IMG/VR virus record: IMGVR_UViG_3300042397_001885
DNA from: an uncultured virus (IMG/VR IMGVR_UViG_3300042397_001885)
Taxonomy: Duplodnaviria; Heunggongvirae; Uroviricota; Caudoviricetes
Reading direction: 5' to 3' (one strand)
Length of the DNA: 20,000 nt
Below the pieces are notes generated by a model, which saw nothing but the letters and a program-made list of their open reading frames with translations, was not told the origin of the DNA and ran no database searches. Of the stretch, positions 7,648 to 15,059 are shown piece after piece. A program made the position numbers and the translations under genes. Each line of letters opens with the position of its first letter. The stretch's first letter is position 1.

Positions 7648-7788
7648 ATGAAACAAAGTGAGAACTACAAACTACCTGCAAGCCCTGAACAGTTGAGGGC
7701 TAGACTTGAGTTGCGTAGAAGCAATGCAGCCGTACCTCACAGAAATAAAAAGGCTTACACACGAAAGACTAAGCACAAGGAATGGTAA
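7648..7788 (+). CDS. Small basic protein with ArfA-like C-terminal motif (46 aa)
   Basis: MKQSENYKLPASPEQLRARLELRRSNAAVPHRNKKAYTRKTKHKEW. Confidence 0.7.
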   Translation: MKQSENYKLPASPEQLRARLELRRSNAAVPHRNKKAYTRKTKHKEW

Positions 7789-7791
7789 AAA

Positions 7792-7813
7792 TGTCAGACC
7801 CTTGTGATAAGAT
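7792..7813 (+). promoter_or_regulatory. RecA-NDp/PafBC-type promoter 8
   Basis: TGTCAG-acccttgtga-TAAGAT. Confidence 0.8.
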
Positions 7814-7841
7814 AAATCTACCTACAAAGAAAGAGAACCAA

Positions 7842-7964
7842 ATGTCAGATACAGAATTAATCAAAGATTTGTTTGAGGGTGTCATTGATGATAATGCCCT
7901 TGCAAAATTATCTAAAGAAGAATTAGATGCAATTAACAAAATGCTAACGGAAGCAGGTTACTAA
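7842..7964 (+). CDS. Small acidic helical protein (40 aa)
   Basis: Start reassigned to ATG 7842, downstream of promoter 8. Confidence 0.7.
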   Translation: MSDTELIKDLFEGVIDDNALAKLSKEELDAINKMLTEAGY

Positions 7965-7965
7965 A

Positions 7966-8304
7966 ATGGGTGCAAGAATTAATTTCGTATTTGATGACGG
8001 AACAGAAGCATTGACCGTTTTGTATTCACACTATGGGGAATACACTTGGCAAGATGATTTAGCAGGTGCATTAGACCACGCTAAACCACGTCACGGAGAC
8101 CATTCATACTTTACCCGTATGGTTATCTCACACTTGATTCAAGATGCTATCCTAGCCCCAACAGGTTTTGGTATCTATGCAATTAAGCGTGATGAGATTT
8201 CAGAGATGTGGGATAAAGTAGTTGTAATAGATTTAGTTAATAATCTAGTTACTGATTTAGACAATAGCAATTCAATTCCATTTTATTCGGAGGTGTTAGT
8301 ATAA
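7966..8304 (+). CDS. Hypothetical phage protein
   Basis: 112 aa; MGARINF...LYSHYG...DHSYFTRM. Confidence 0.8.
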   Translation: MGARINFVFDDGTEALTVLYSHYGEYTWQDDLAGALDHAKPRHGDHSYFTRMVISHLIQDAILAPTGFGIYAIKRDEISEMWDKVVVIDLVNNLVTDLDNSNSIPFYSEVLV

Positions 8305-8453
8305 TGGGACAAATGAAAACAATTGAAATGATTCTAATGGAAAATCATCCCAATGGAATTTATAATGAAGATGATGTATGGGAAGCCATTGCAGAAGCAA
8401 CTGGTATGGACTATTCAGAAATTGCAGATGGAGATTTGGCGGAATGGCTATGA
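8304..8453 (+). CDS. Small acidic protein (49 aa)
   Basis: MGQMKTIEMILMENHP...LAEWL; GGAGG RBS; TAATG coupling. Confidence 0.7.
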   Translation: MGQMKTIEMILMENHPNGIYNEDDVWEAIAEATGMDYSEIADGDLAEWL

Positions 8454-8587
8454 AATTATTTAATAGAAAACCAAAAGAAAGAAATGTAATCTATGCTGAT
8501 ACATTTAGTTACTTAGATAAGTTGATGAGTGAAATGGCATCTACTGAAATTTACATTGAATACCTGCGAGAAAGGGAAAAGGCTTGA
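8450..8587 (+). CDS. Hypothetical protein (45 aa)
   Basis: ATGA overlap with the upstream stop; MKLFNRKPKERN... Confidence 0.65.
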   Translation: MKLFNRKPKERNVIYADTFSYLDKLMSEMASTEIYIEYLREREKA

Positions 8588-8693
8588 AAAAGCTGCGCCC
8601 CATTTTGATCCACTTGTCAAGTATTTACGAAGTGATTAAGGACACACCGAAAAGTGTCCACATAGTGAGATTATAGCGTGTCGGATTTGGAAA

Positions 8694-8715
8694 TGTCAGT
8701 CATTTCTGGTATAGT
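8694..8715 (+). promoter_or_regulatory. RecA-NDp/PafBC-type promoter 9
   Basis: TGTCAG-tcatttctgg-TATAGT. Confidence 0.75.
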
Positions 8716-8761
8716 AGGTACTACAACAAGGGAACAATCCCACAAAAGAAAAGAGAAGCAA

Positions 8762-8920
8762 ATGGCAAAAATCACAGCCCCAACTGTTGGCTCACAGTTC
8801 ACCACAGCAAAAAGCAAGGTTACTGGCGAAGTTCAGGAAGTAGTTAAGAACGCAAACGGTTCATACCGAGTTCGTCTTGACATTGACGGTCAGCCACGCT
8901 GGACTACTTTAACTAAGTAG
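8762..8920 (+). CDS. Small beta-rich (SH3/KOW-like) protein (52 aa)
   Basis: MAKITAPTVGSQFTTAKSKVTGEVQEVVKNANGSYRVRLD...; start reassigned downstream of the promoter. Confidence 0.75.
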   Translation: MAKITAPTVGSQFTTAKSKVTGEVQEVVKNANGSYRVRLDIDGQPRWTTLTK

Positions 8921-8946
8921 TTTTAGTTAGGGGGTCTGGCTAAAAC

Positions 8947-8968
8947 TGTCAGACCCCTATGCTAAGAT
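8947..8968 (+). promoter_or_regulatory. RecA-NDp/PafBC-type promoter 10
   Basis: TGTCAG-acccctatgc-TAAGAT. Confidence 0.8.
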
Positions 8969-9000
8969 TACTTTATACCTACAAAAGAATGGAGTCCCCA

Positions 9001-9477
9001 ATGGGCTTAGATATGTACCTTCGTGCAAGTGAATATGTGTACCGTCACAACTTTAATCGTCAGACGGATGAGGACACAATTAACCCAATCTTTAATGAGA
9101 TTGTTAAGAATCTTGAATTAGAAAATGTTATTGATAGTTCTGGCTTTGCTGGAATTACTGTTGATGTACCAATGGGCTATTGGCGTAAATCAAATATGAT
9201 TCATCATTGGTTTGTAAATAACTTAGCAGATGGTGTTGATGAATGTCAGCCAATCATTGTTCGTAGAGAAGATTTAGAACAGTTGAAAGAAACCTGTATT
9301 GAAGTAATTGCTAATCCAGAATCAGCAGAAGAATTATTGCCAACAGGTAGTGGATTCTTCTTTGGTTCAACAGAGTATGATAAGTATTACTTTGGAGATT
9401 TGAACGATACTGTTGGTATCATCACTAGATGCCTTGATAGTAAGTTCGACTATTTTGAGTACCAAGCCTCTTGGTAA
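9001..9477 (+). CDS. Conserved phage protein of unknown function (MGLDMYL...YWRKxNxIHxWF type)
   Basis: Start at ATG 9001 after GGAG; ends YQASW. Confidence 0.85.
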   Translation: MGLDMYLRASEYVYRHNFNRQTDEDTINPIFNEIVKNLELENVIDSSGFAGITVDVPMGYWRKSNMIHHWFVNNLADGVDECQPIIVRREDLEQLKETCIEVIANPESAEELLPTGSGFFFGSTEYDKYYFGDLNDTVGIITRCLDSKFDYFEYQASW

Positions 9478-9559
9478 GGTAACTCAATAATTAAAAGGTA
9501 GCCAATACCGCCAGGTTGTTGGTGATTGAATGAAAAGATATAAATCCTGGCACAAGCTT

Positions 9560-9636
9560 GGTCTGGTGGCTCAGTTGGTTAGAGCACCGCCCTGTCACGG
9601 CGGAGGTCGTGGGTTCAAGTCCCATCCAGATCGCCA
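9560..9636 (+). tRNA. tRNA-Asp(GTC), CCA encoded
   Basis: Acceptor GGTCTGG/CCAGATC; D arm GCTC/GAGC; anticodon arm CCGCC-CTGTCAC-GGCGG; TTCAAGT loop; G-CCA end. Confidence 0.97.
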
Positions 9637-9711
9637 AGCTGCGCCCTGTTATCAAATCGTTATATAAAGCTATTAAGAGACACACAGATATCTGCCAGTT
9701 TAAGTTGAAAT

Positions 9712-9733
9712 TGTCAGACCCTTGTGCTAAGAT
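9712..9733 (+). promoter_or_regulatory. RecA-NDp/PafBC-type promoter 11
   Basis: TGTCAG-acccttgtgc-TAAGAT. Confidence 0.8.
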
Positions 9734-9766
9734 AAGACTATTAAACAAACAAACAAAGGAAACAAA

Positions 9767-10756
9767 ATGGCAGATGCAGTTGAAGTTATTAACGGTGTGG
9801 GCTCTATGTATTCATTTCGTGAACCTGCTTGGCATGGTCTAGGAACTGTTGTTACAGAAGAACACACTACAAGTGAAGTTATGGACATAGCACACTTATC
9901 AAATTGGAATGTACGTCTTGAAGATGTTCAACTACCTGAAGATTACACATCAAGCAAATCTAACTTTCTTGTTGTTCGTGACCACCCAGAAGACGGACAC
10001 CCAGATGTTCTAGCAGTTGTTGGTGAACGATACCAAACTTTACAGAATGAAGAACTATTTGCTTTTGCAGATAATCTTCTTGACGGTGCTCGTTGGGAAA
10101 CTGCTGGTTCTCTAAAGAATGGTCGTGTTGTATTTGGTTCTCTTGCTCTTGAGCGTGAAACCGTACTTGACCCAAGTGGAGTTGCAGATGTTGTGAAGTC
10201 TTACTTACTTGTAAACACATCACATGACGGTTCTCTTGCTGTTCGTGCATCTGTTACACCTGTTCGTGTTGTGTGTGCTAATACTCTTGACATGGCTCTT
10301 CGTGGTGTTAAGCAGTCTTTCAAGATGCGACACACATCAACACTTGAGGGTCGTATTCTGGTTGCTCGTGAAGCATTGGGTCTTGCTAATACTTACATGG
10401 ATGCTTTTGACAAAATGGCTCAAGAACTTATTGAAAAGGAAATCACAAAAGATACTTTTAATAAGATTGTTGAAAAGGCTTATCCAATGCCAAGCAAAGA
10501 TGCTAAGGGTGCTATGACTAAGTGGGAAACCAAAATTGAATTGTTAGATGAGATTTTTGCATCAGATACTAATTCAATGATTAACAATACCGCTTGGGGT
10601 GCTTTCAACACATTGACTGAACGCCTTGATTGGTATCGCTCTGCCCGTAATGGCAACAACGAGGGAATCCTTGCAAGTGCATCAGGCTTTGACCCAGTTA
10701 TCACAGCAGAAAAAAACAAACTACTTTCCATTGTGAAAGAGGTTGCCTTCGCCTAG
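9767..10756 (+). CDS. DUF932 domain protein (phage/plasmid-like, TIGR03299-type)
   Basis: REPAWHGLG, WETAGSLKNG, YLLVNTSHDGS, TPVRVVCANTL and TAWGAFN motifs. Confidence 0.9.
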   Translation: MADAVEVINGVGSMYSFREPAWHGLGTVVTEEHTTSEVMDIAHLSNWNVRLEDVQLPEDYTSSKSNFLVVRDHPEDGHPDVLAVVGERYQTLQNEELFAFADNLLDGARWETAGSLKNGRVVFGSLALERETVLDPSGVADVVKSYLLVNTSHDGSLAVRASVTPVRVVCANTLDMALRGVKQSFKMRHTSTLEGRILVAREALGLANTYMDAFDKMAQELIEKEITKDTFNKIVEKAYPMPSKDAKGAMTKWETKIELLDEIFASDTNSMINNTAWGAFNTLTERLDWYRSARNGNNEGILASASGFDPVITAEKNKLLSIVKEVAFA

Positions 10757-10814
10757 TAGGATAAAATCTGAACGGAAGAGACTCTCATCACACAGAGTAT
10801 AAAAATAGGTGAAA

Positions 10815-10844
10815 TAGACCTGAGCATGTCTAAATAAACTGCTC
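10815..10844 (+). ncRNA. Mini H-type pseudoknot motif copy A
   Basis: TAGAC-CTGAGCAT-GTCTA-AATAAAC-TGCTC. Confidence 0.65.
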
Positions 10845-10915
10845 CCCATTCTGGGCGCAGCCTGGATCCCAGCTCCTCGTTTACGATTAAGGTGGGGTAG
10901 AAATACCCCCAAAAT

Positions 10916-10937
10916 TGTCAGACCTCTGTGCTATGAT
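10916..10937 (+). promoter_or_regulatory. RecA-NDp/PafBC-type promoter 12
   Basis: TGTCAG-acctctgtgc-TATGAT. Confidence 0.8.
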
Positions 10938-10968
10938 GTAATCATAACCTACTAAGAAATGAGACACA

Positions 10969-11742
10969 ATGCCAAACTGGGTATTTAATAGTTTAGTTGT
11001 ATCTGGTGAACAATCAGAATTAGATAAGATGGTTGAACAATTAAATCAACCTTTTGAAAAGCATTTTCCTAATGCAGAATACAATAAAGAATTAGAAAAG
11101 TGGGAACACTTTCCAGATACCCAAATTTATTCTAATCCTGTCTTTGCTTTTTGGAACATTGTAAAACCAACAGACCTTAAGTCATACTATGGTGAAGAAG
11201 TGTTTAAGAAAACTAATCTTGCCCCTGAAGAATTTATGACAGAGTTTGTTCGCTCTATGAAAGAAGACCAAGACTGGTATCACTGGAACTGTCGTAACTG
11301 GGGAACTAAGTGGGACGTAGCAGTAGATGATAAGTCTGAATGGTCAGAAACTCGTATCACTCTTAATGATGATGGCTCTGTTATGTATCATTTCAATACT
11401 GCTTGGTCTCCTGTTGGCGAGGTTTTAATTAAACTATCAGAGATGTATCCAACTCTTGAATTTGACTATGAGTATGAGGAAGAGCAAGGCTGGGGTGGCA
11501 GTTGCACATTCTTGGGTGGAAAAGAGATTGCCTCTAATGAGTATGACACTCCAATGTCTCACGCTGACTACAAGGCACTAGAAAGAGAGTGCCAATGTGA
11601 ATACAATGACGTTGAGTATGCTTTTGAAGATTGCCCAATGGATACCACTAAATTTAAGTGGGATTCAGAACTAGAGGAATGGGTAGAATTGTCAGACCTC
11701 TCTGATACACTAGTTTCAACAACCAACCTACAAGGAGAATAA
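10969..11742 (+). CDS. YubB/DUF1281-like ferredoxin-fold domain protein
   Basis: MPNWxxN start; WYHWNCRNWGTKWD and FNTAWSP motifs. Confidence 0.8.
   Translation: MPNWVFNSLVVSGEQSELDKMVEQLNQPFEKHFPNAEYNKELEKWEHFPDTQIYSNPVFAFWNIVKPTDLKSYYGEEVFKKTNLAPEEFMTEFVRSMKEDQDWYHWNCRNWGTKWDVAVDDKSEWSETRITLNDDGSVMYHFNTAWSPVGEVLIKLSEMYPTLEFDYEYEEEQGWGGSCTFLGGKEIASNEYDTPMSHADYKALERECQCEYNDVEYAFEDCPMDTTKFKWDSELEEWVELSDLSDTLVSTTNLQGE
11690..11711 (+). promoter_or_regulatory. RecA-NDp/PafBC-type promoter 13 (inside the 3' end of the CDS)
   Basis: TGTCAG-acctctctga-TACACT. Confidence 0.75.
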
Positions 11743-11743
11743 A

Positions 11744-12238
11744 ATGGAATTCACAAGAAGCGAACCAACATTTGCTAAAGAACTAATAGAAGCAGGGGAC
11801 ATCAAGCCTATCTATGACCCAAAGGCAACCATTGTTGTCCGAAAGGGTTACTACTATGGCACACCATCAGATTCAAAGTTTGACTTAGAAAATGCAGACG
11901 ACATTTCCAGAACTTACTGGAGGCTAGATGCACTACAAGAAACTAACAACCGTAACTCAAGGGCACAAGACAAGTTAAAAGATTATCTTGTTGAGAACTT
12001 TGATGAGATTGGCGAAGAACACGCAACTGAAATTGCAAACATCTTTGGTATTGACTTGTCTAAAGAAGTTGAAGTTGAATTCAATGTAACAATTAAGGCA
12101 ACAGTTTCTATTCCTGTCAATGAAGATGCTTCTGATTTAAGTGTCTATGACTTTGACATCACAATCGAATCAAATGAATCTAAGTATGAGATTCAAGAGT
12201 TTGATGCAGACATTGATTCAATAGATGAAAGATACTAG
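11744..12238 (+). CDS. Acidic hypothetical phage protein
   Basis: 164 aa; AAGGAG RBS. Confidence 0.85.
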   Translation: MEFTRSEPTFAKELIEAGDIKPIYDPKATIVVRKGYYYGTPSDSKFDLENADDISRTYWRLDALQETNNRNSRAQDKLKDYLVENFDEIGEEHATEIANIFGIDLSKEVEVEFNVTIKATVSIPVNEDASDLSVYDFDITIESNESKYEIQEFDADIDSIDERY

Positions 12239-12261
12239 GTTTATCTAGTAGGTAGGTAAAA

Positions 12262-12287
12262 GTGCTGAGCATCACGTTAAACTGCTC
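12262..12287 (+). ncRNA. Mini H-type pseudoknot motif copy B
   Basis: GTG-CTGAGCAT-CAC-GTTAAAC-TGCTC. Confidence 0.6.
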
Positions 12288-12373
12288 CTTCAAGCTGCGC
12301 CCCCATTTAATAAGTCTATTAGTCTTAGAACATGATTAAGAAGACTTAAAAACACCCCCAAGCCGTGCAAAAA

Positions 12374-12395
12374 TGTCAGACCTCTGTGGTAGGAT
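12374..12395 (+). promoter_or_regulatory. RecA-NDp/PafBC-type promoter 14
   Basis: TGTCAG-acctctgtgg-TAGGAT. Confidence 0.8.
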
Positions 12396-12425
12396 ACAAA
12401 GTATCAACCTACAAAAGGACAAAAA

Positions 12426-12596
12426 ATGATTGACACAACAGACCCACGACTAAGTGAGTTAGCAGACCACTTTGTTGAATTACATAATGTTGGTGGTATT
12501 GAATTAGAACAATGGGATACCGCCTATCAGTTTGTAAAACATTTTTATAACACAGAAGAAATGGTTCAAATAGTTATTAGGGAGAAAAAGGTATGA
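12426..12596 (+). CDS. Hypothetical protein (56 aa)
   Basis: MIDTTDPRLSELADHF...; AAGGA RBS; ATGA overlap with the next gene. Confidence 0.7.
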   Translation: MIDTTDPRLSELADHFVELHNVGGIELEQWDTAYQFVKHFYNTEEMVQIVIREKKV

Positions 12597-12850
12597 CTTA
12601 TCTAGTAGCAACAACAGAGATTATTTATTCAGAAGAAGCATTAATTAAAATGATGTTAGCAACAGGTGAGTATGGTATTCATGGTTATCCTATTAGTCAT
12701 GAGGCTATGATTGAATTTGTTAAAGATCAAGAATGGCAGATAGAACATAATTTATTCCTTGACAAATTTGATGTACCTGCACAGATTAGCATTAAAGATG
12801 AGGACGGTACAGATTTATTCTTTGCCAAGAACAGACTGGAGATAGTGTAA
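12593..12850 (+). CDS. Hypothetical protein
   Basis: 85 aa; coupled operon. Confidence 0.75.
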   Translation: MTYLVATTEIIYSEEALIKMMLATGEYGIHGYPISHEAMIEFVKDQEWQIEHNLFLDKFDVPAQISIKDEDGTDLFFAKNRLEIV

Positions 12851-13095
12851 TGAAACTAAGAGGAATCTTTGAGGGAACTTTTGAATCAGTATGGAGTATG
12901 GACGTACCTGATCAACTATGGAATTTGTATTTACTACACAACCCTGACTTTGACGAAAATGACCGTGACGACATTCAGGAGATGTGGGAGCATTTTAAGA
13001 GTGAGGGTTGTTATGATGAGATTGACGACACAGTAGACACAGATGTAGTAATGACAGGTATAGAAACCTATGGAGTAGAAGTGGAGATTAACTAA
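12850..13095 (+). CDS. Highly acidic hypothetical protein
   Basis: 81 aa; TAATG coupling. Confidence 0.75.
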   Translation: MKLRGIFEGTFESVWSMDVPDQLWNLYLLHNPDFDENDRDDIQEMWEHFKSEGCYDEIDDTVDTDVVMTGIETYGVEVEIN

Positions 13096-13283
13096 TGGAT
13101 TTGTATAATTATAGTGTAGAGTTTGTATTAGAACGTATGGTAATTATTACAAGTGTTCAACTAAATGAGCCAGACTTATCTGATGAGTTTATTATTGAGG
13201 AAGCAAAGAATACCTTAATGGACTATTATAAGATTGACCCCGAAATTATGTATCTACAAGATGTAATCGTACACGAGGTATAG
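13095..13283 (+). CDS. Acidic hypothetical protein
   Basis: 62 aa; TAATG coupling. Confidence 0.75.
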   Translation: MDLYNYSVEFVLERMVIITSVQLNEPDLSDEFIIEEAKNTLMDYYKIDPEIMYLQDVIVHEV

Positions 13284-13285
13284 TA

Positions 13286-13396
13286 ATGACTAATGAATTA
13301 ACTCTTGATGAAGTATTAGATGTTATTAATCAAATGAAAGATGAGGGTAATTATCATAATCCTACCCTTGACGAACTGGAAGATAGGTTACAGTAA
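13286..13396 (+). CDS. Small acidic protein (36 aa)
   Basis: MTNELTLDEVLDVINQMKDEG...; GAGG RBS. Confidence 0.6.
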   Translation: MTNELTLDEVLDVINQMKDEGNYHNPTLDELEDRLQ

Positions 13397-13524
13397 TGTT
13401 AATGGATAAAGTAAAATGCTGTATGTGTGAGGCTGTATCGTTTGTAGACTTATGGGCTGATGATTGTCCAGAATGTAATAAAACTGGTTATCTTATGGAC
13501 ATAGAACAGGAAGTAGAAGTATGA
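13396..13524 (+). CDS. Zn-ribbon micro-protein (42 aa)
   Basis: KCCMC...DCPEC; coupled at both ends. Confidence 0.65.
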   Translation: MLMDKVKCCMCEAVSFVDLWADDCPECNKTGYLMDIEQEVEV

Positions 13525-13757
13525 GTTACGAATATCATTGGGTAGTTGTTTATGATGAGGATTGGGGAGCTTTCATGGTTGATGTAGAAACAACAATGAT
13601 AAATATGGCAGACCACCCTGGTCTTATTTATAATAAAACTAGTGGACGTTGGGAAGATGATCTAAAAGAGGGTTCAGAACTAGAAACTGAATACCAGAGG
13701 CTAGAAGAAGTCTTGGCATATCAACTAACAAGACTTGACATTCCAAAGAAAGTTTAG
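13521..13757 (+). CDS. Hypothetical protein
   Basis: 78 aa; ATGA overlap. Confidence 0.75.
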   Translation: MSYEYHWVVVYDEDWGAFMVDVETTMINMADHPGLIYNKTSGRWEDDLKEGSELETEYQRLEEVLAYQLTRLDIPKKV

Positions 13758-13763
13758 TAGGAT
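13735..13763 (+). promoter_or_regulatory. Canonical SigA promoter, leaderless
   Basis: TTGACA-17-TAGGAT; ATG 6 nt downstream. Confidence 0.7.
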
Positions 13764-13769
13764 ACGACT

Positions 13770-14204
13770 ATGAAAACATTAGAAGGCGTAACGGTAGAAT
13801 ACACACAGACAATCCCTACAAGTAAGCAGATGCCAGAGTTTTATGTGTGGCAGGAGGGTGCAGAGTCTTATGCAACTATCACATACTTGGACCGTGTGGT
13901 AGAGATTGAACGTAATGGTGAGATGAGTCTATCACTACCAAACTTAGTTAATGGTGAACTATCTGATGAAGGTGTCACTATTGTGAGATACTCTGACGAC
14001 TTAGAGGCTGCAGGTATCAACGATGACATTCAGTTGATGCAGTTTATTAAAACTATTAGCAATAGTGGATTTGAAGTTTATCGTATGAATCCTTGGTGGG
14101 AAGTGTTTGCACACAATGAAGATATGGGTGAAGTGTATGACACATTCTACGAAGCAATTGATGCTGGTATTGACCACATTATAGACGACCAATGGTGGAA
14201 CTAA
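13770..14204 (+). CDS. Acidic hypothetical protein
   Basis: 144 aa; NPWWE motif. Confidence 0.8.
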   Translation: MKTLEGVTVEYTQTIPTSKQMPEFYVWQEGAESYATITYLDRVVEIERNGEMSLSLPNLVNGELSDEGVTIVRYSDDLEAAGINDDIQLMQFIKTISNSGFEVYRMNPWWEVFAHNEDMGEVYDTFYEAIDAGIDHIIDDQWWN

Positions 14205-14359
14205 TGGATACAGCAATTAATAGATTTATTAAACATACCATAGCCAACCTTGAGGGGGCTTTGGAAAAAGATGAGCCGCAACTAACGTGGGCTGTTCTAA
14301 AGAATCTATCAAGTGTGATAGAATCCTATGTGGAGGCGATTGAACTTGAGCGACTATGA
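14204..14359 (+). CDS. Hypothetical protein (51 aa)
   Basis: MDTAINRFIKHTIANLEGALEK...; TAATG coupling. Confidence 0.6.
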   Translation: MDTAINRFIKHTIANLEGALEKDEPQLTWAVLKNLSSVIESYVEAIELERL

Positions 14360-14549
14360 AATATATGACTATGTAATAGTTAACTTTGTAGAGCCTGGAG
14401 ATTTAATTAATTTTGCAGGTGGAGACTTTAGAGTGTTAGAAATAGAACCAACAGAAGATGGTTGGATCCTAGAGGTATTAGATCGTATGGAAGATCAAAT
14501 AGATTTATTTGTTCCAGACGGTGAAGTAATAGCCTTATTAGAAGAATAG
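14328..14549 (+). CDS. Small SH3-like beta-barrel protein (start uncertain)
   Basis: VEPGDLINFAGGDFRVLEIE pattern. Confidence 0.65.
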   Translation: MWRRLNLSDYEIYDYVIVNFVEPGDLINFAGGDFRVLEIEPTEDGWILEVLDRMEDQIDLFVPDGEVIALLEE

Positions 14550-14551
14550 AT

Positions 14552-14580
14552 TTGACAACCCTGTCAAAAAATGGTAAGAT
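14552..14580 (+). promoter_or_regulatory. Canonical SigA promoter
   Basis: TTGACA-17-TAAGAT with extended TG. Confidence 0.75.
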
Positions 14581-14610
14581 AAATACAAGGTAACTCTTAA
14601 GGAGAGAACA

Positions 14611-14772
14611 ATGACAAGAGAGCAAATGCGTACTCTGAAGAAGCAACGTTTCACATCACTTGAAAAGTGGGGAGACACAGAACGTGTAGTAATTCGTGAC
14701 GGTCTAGGACATTTTATCCACAACGTCAATCTAACATCACTACGCCGTAACAAGGTAGTAAAGTCCCGTTAA
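14611..14772 (+). CDS. Small basic protein (53 aa)
   Basis: MTREQMRTLKKQRF...IRDGLGHF...; AAGGAG RBS; own promoter and terminator. Confidence 0.75.
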   Translation: MTREQMRTLKKQRFTSLEKWGDTERVVIRDGLGHFIHNVNLTSLRRNKVVKSR

Positions 14773-14785
14773 GGCTGGCTGGAAG

Positions 14786-14813
14786 GGGGCAGGGAAGGTC
14801 CTTGCCCCTTTTT
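14786..14813 (+). terminator. Intrinsic terminator
   Basis: GGGGCAGGGA-AGG-TCCTTGCCCC followed by TTTTT. Confidence 0.75.
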
Positions 14814-14834
14814 GTCAGACCTCAATGATAGAAT
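14813..14834 (+). promoter_or_regulatory. RecA-NDp/PafBC-type promoter 15
   Basis: TGTCAG-acctcaatga-TAGAAT. Confidence 0.8.
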
Positions 14835-14843
14835 GGGAACACT

Positions 14844-15059
14844 ATGGGAAAAACACCAAACGAGAAAATAGCAGATAAGTTGATTGCCCTATTTTCAGAC
14901 AGTAGAATCGGAATCGTAGATTGGCAACACTACATTCCATTTTACATCACACAGCAAAACTATCACGTTATTGCAAATGCTAAAAATCTGGCAGACGGAA
15001 TAAATGAACAACTTGCTGACAATGAAATCGGGCTAAGCAAAGAACAGTTAGGAAAATAA
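14844..15059 (+). CDS. Hypothetical protein
   Basis: 71 aa, directly after promoter 15. Confidence 0.75.
   Translation: MGKTPNEKIADKLIALFSDSRIGIVDWQHYIPFYITQQNYHVIANAKNLADGINEQLADNEIGLSKEQLGK

Noticed and set aside
5760..9000. Longest-ORF starts at 5760, 5953, 7782, 8378, 8678 and 8959
   Set aside because: They run through promoters, RBSs or upstream genes; downstream ATGs with RBS or translational coupling fit better.
9491..10912. ORFs 9491-9748, 9558-9842, 9960-10250, 10224-10517, 10480-10731 and 10721-10912
   Set aside because: They overlap tRNA-Asp, promoters or the DUF932 gene in other frames or strands, with no RBS.
5045..14834. TGTCAGACC repeats as a CRISPR array or integron attC sites
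   Set aside because: Spacing is irregular (170-2400 bp) with whole genes between copies; no cas or integrase gene; no attC-like palindrome; the fixed link to TAnnnT explains them as promoters.
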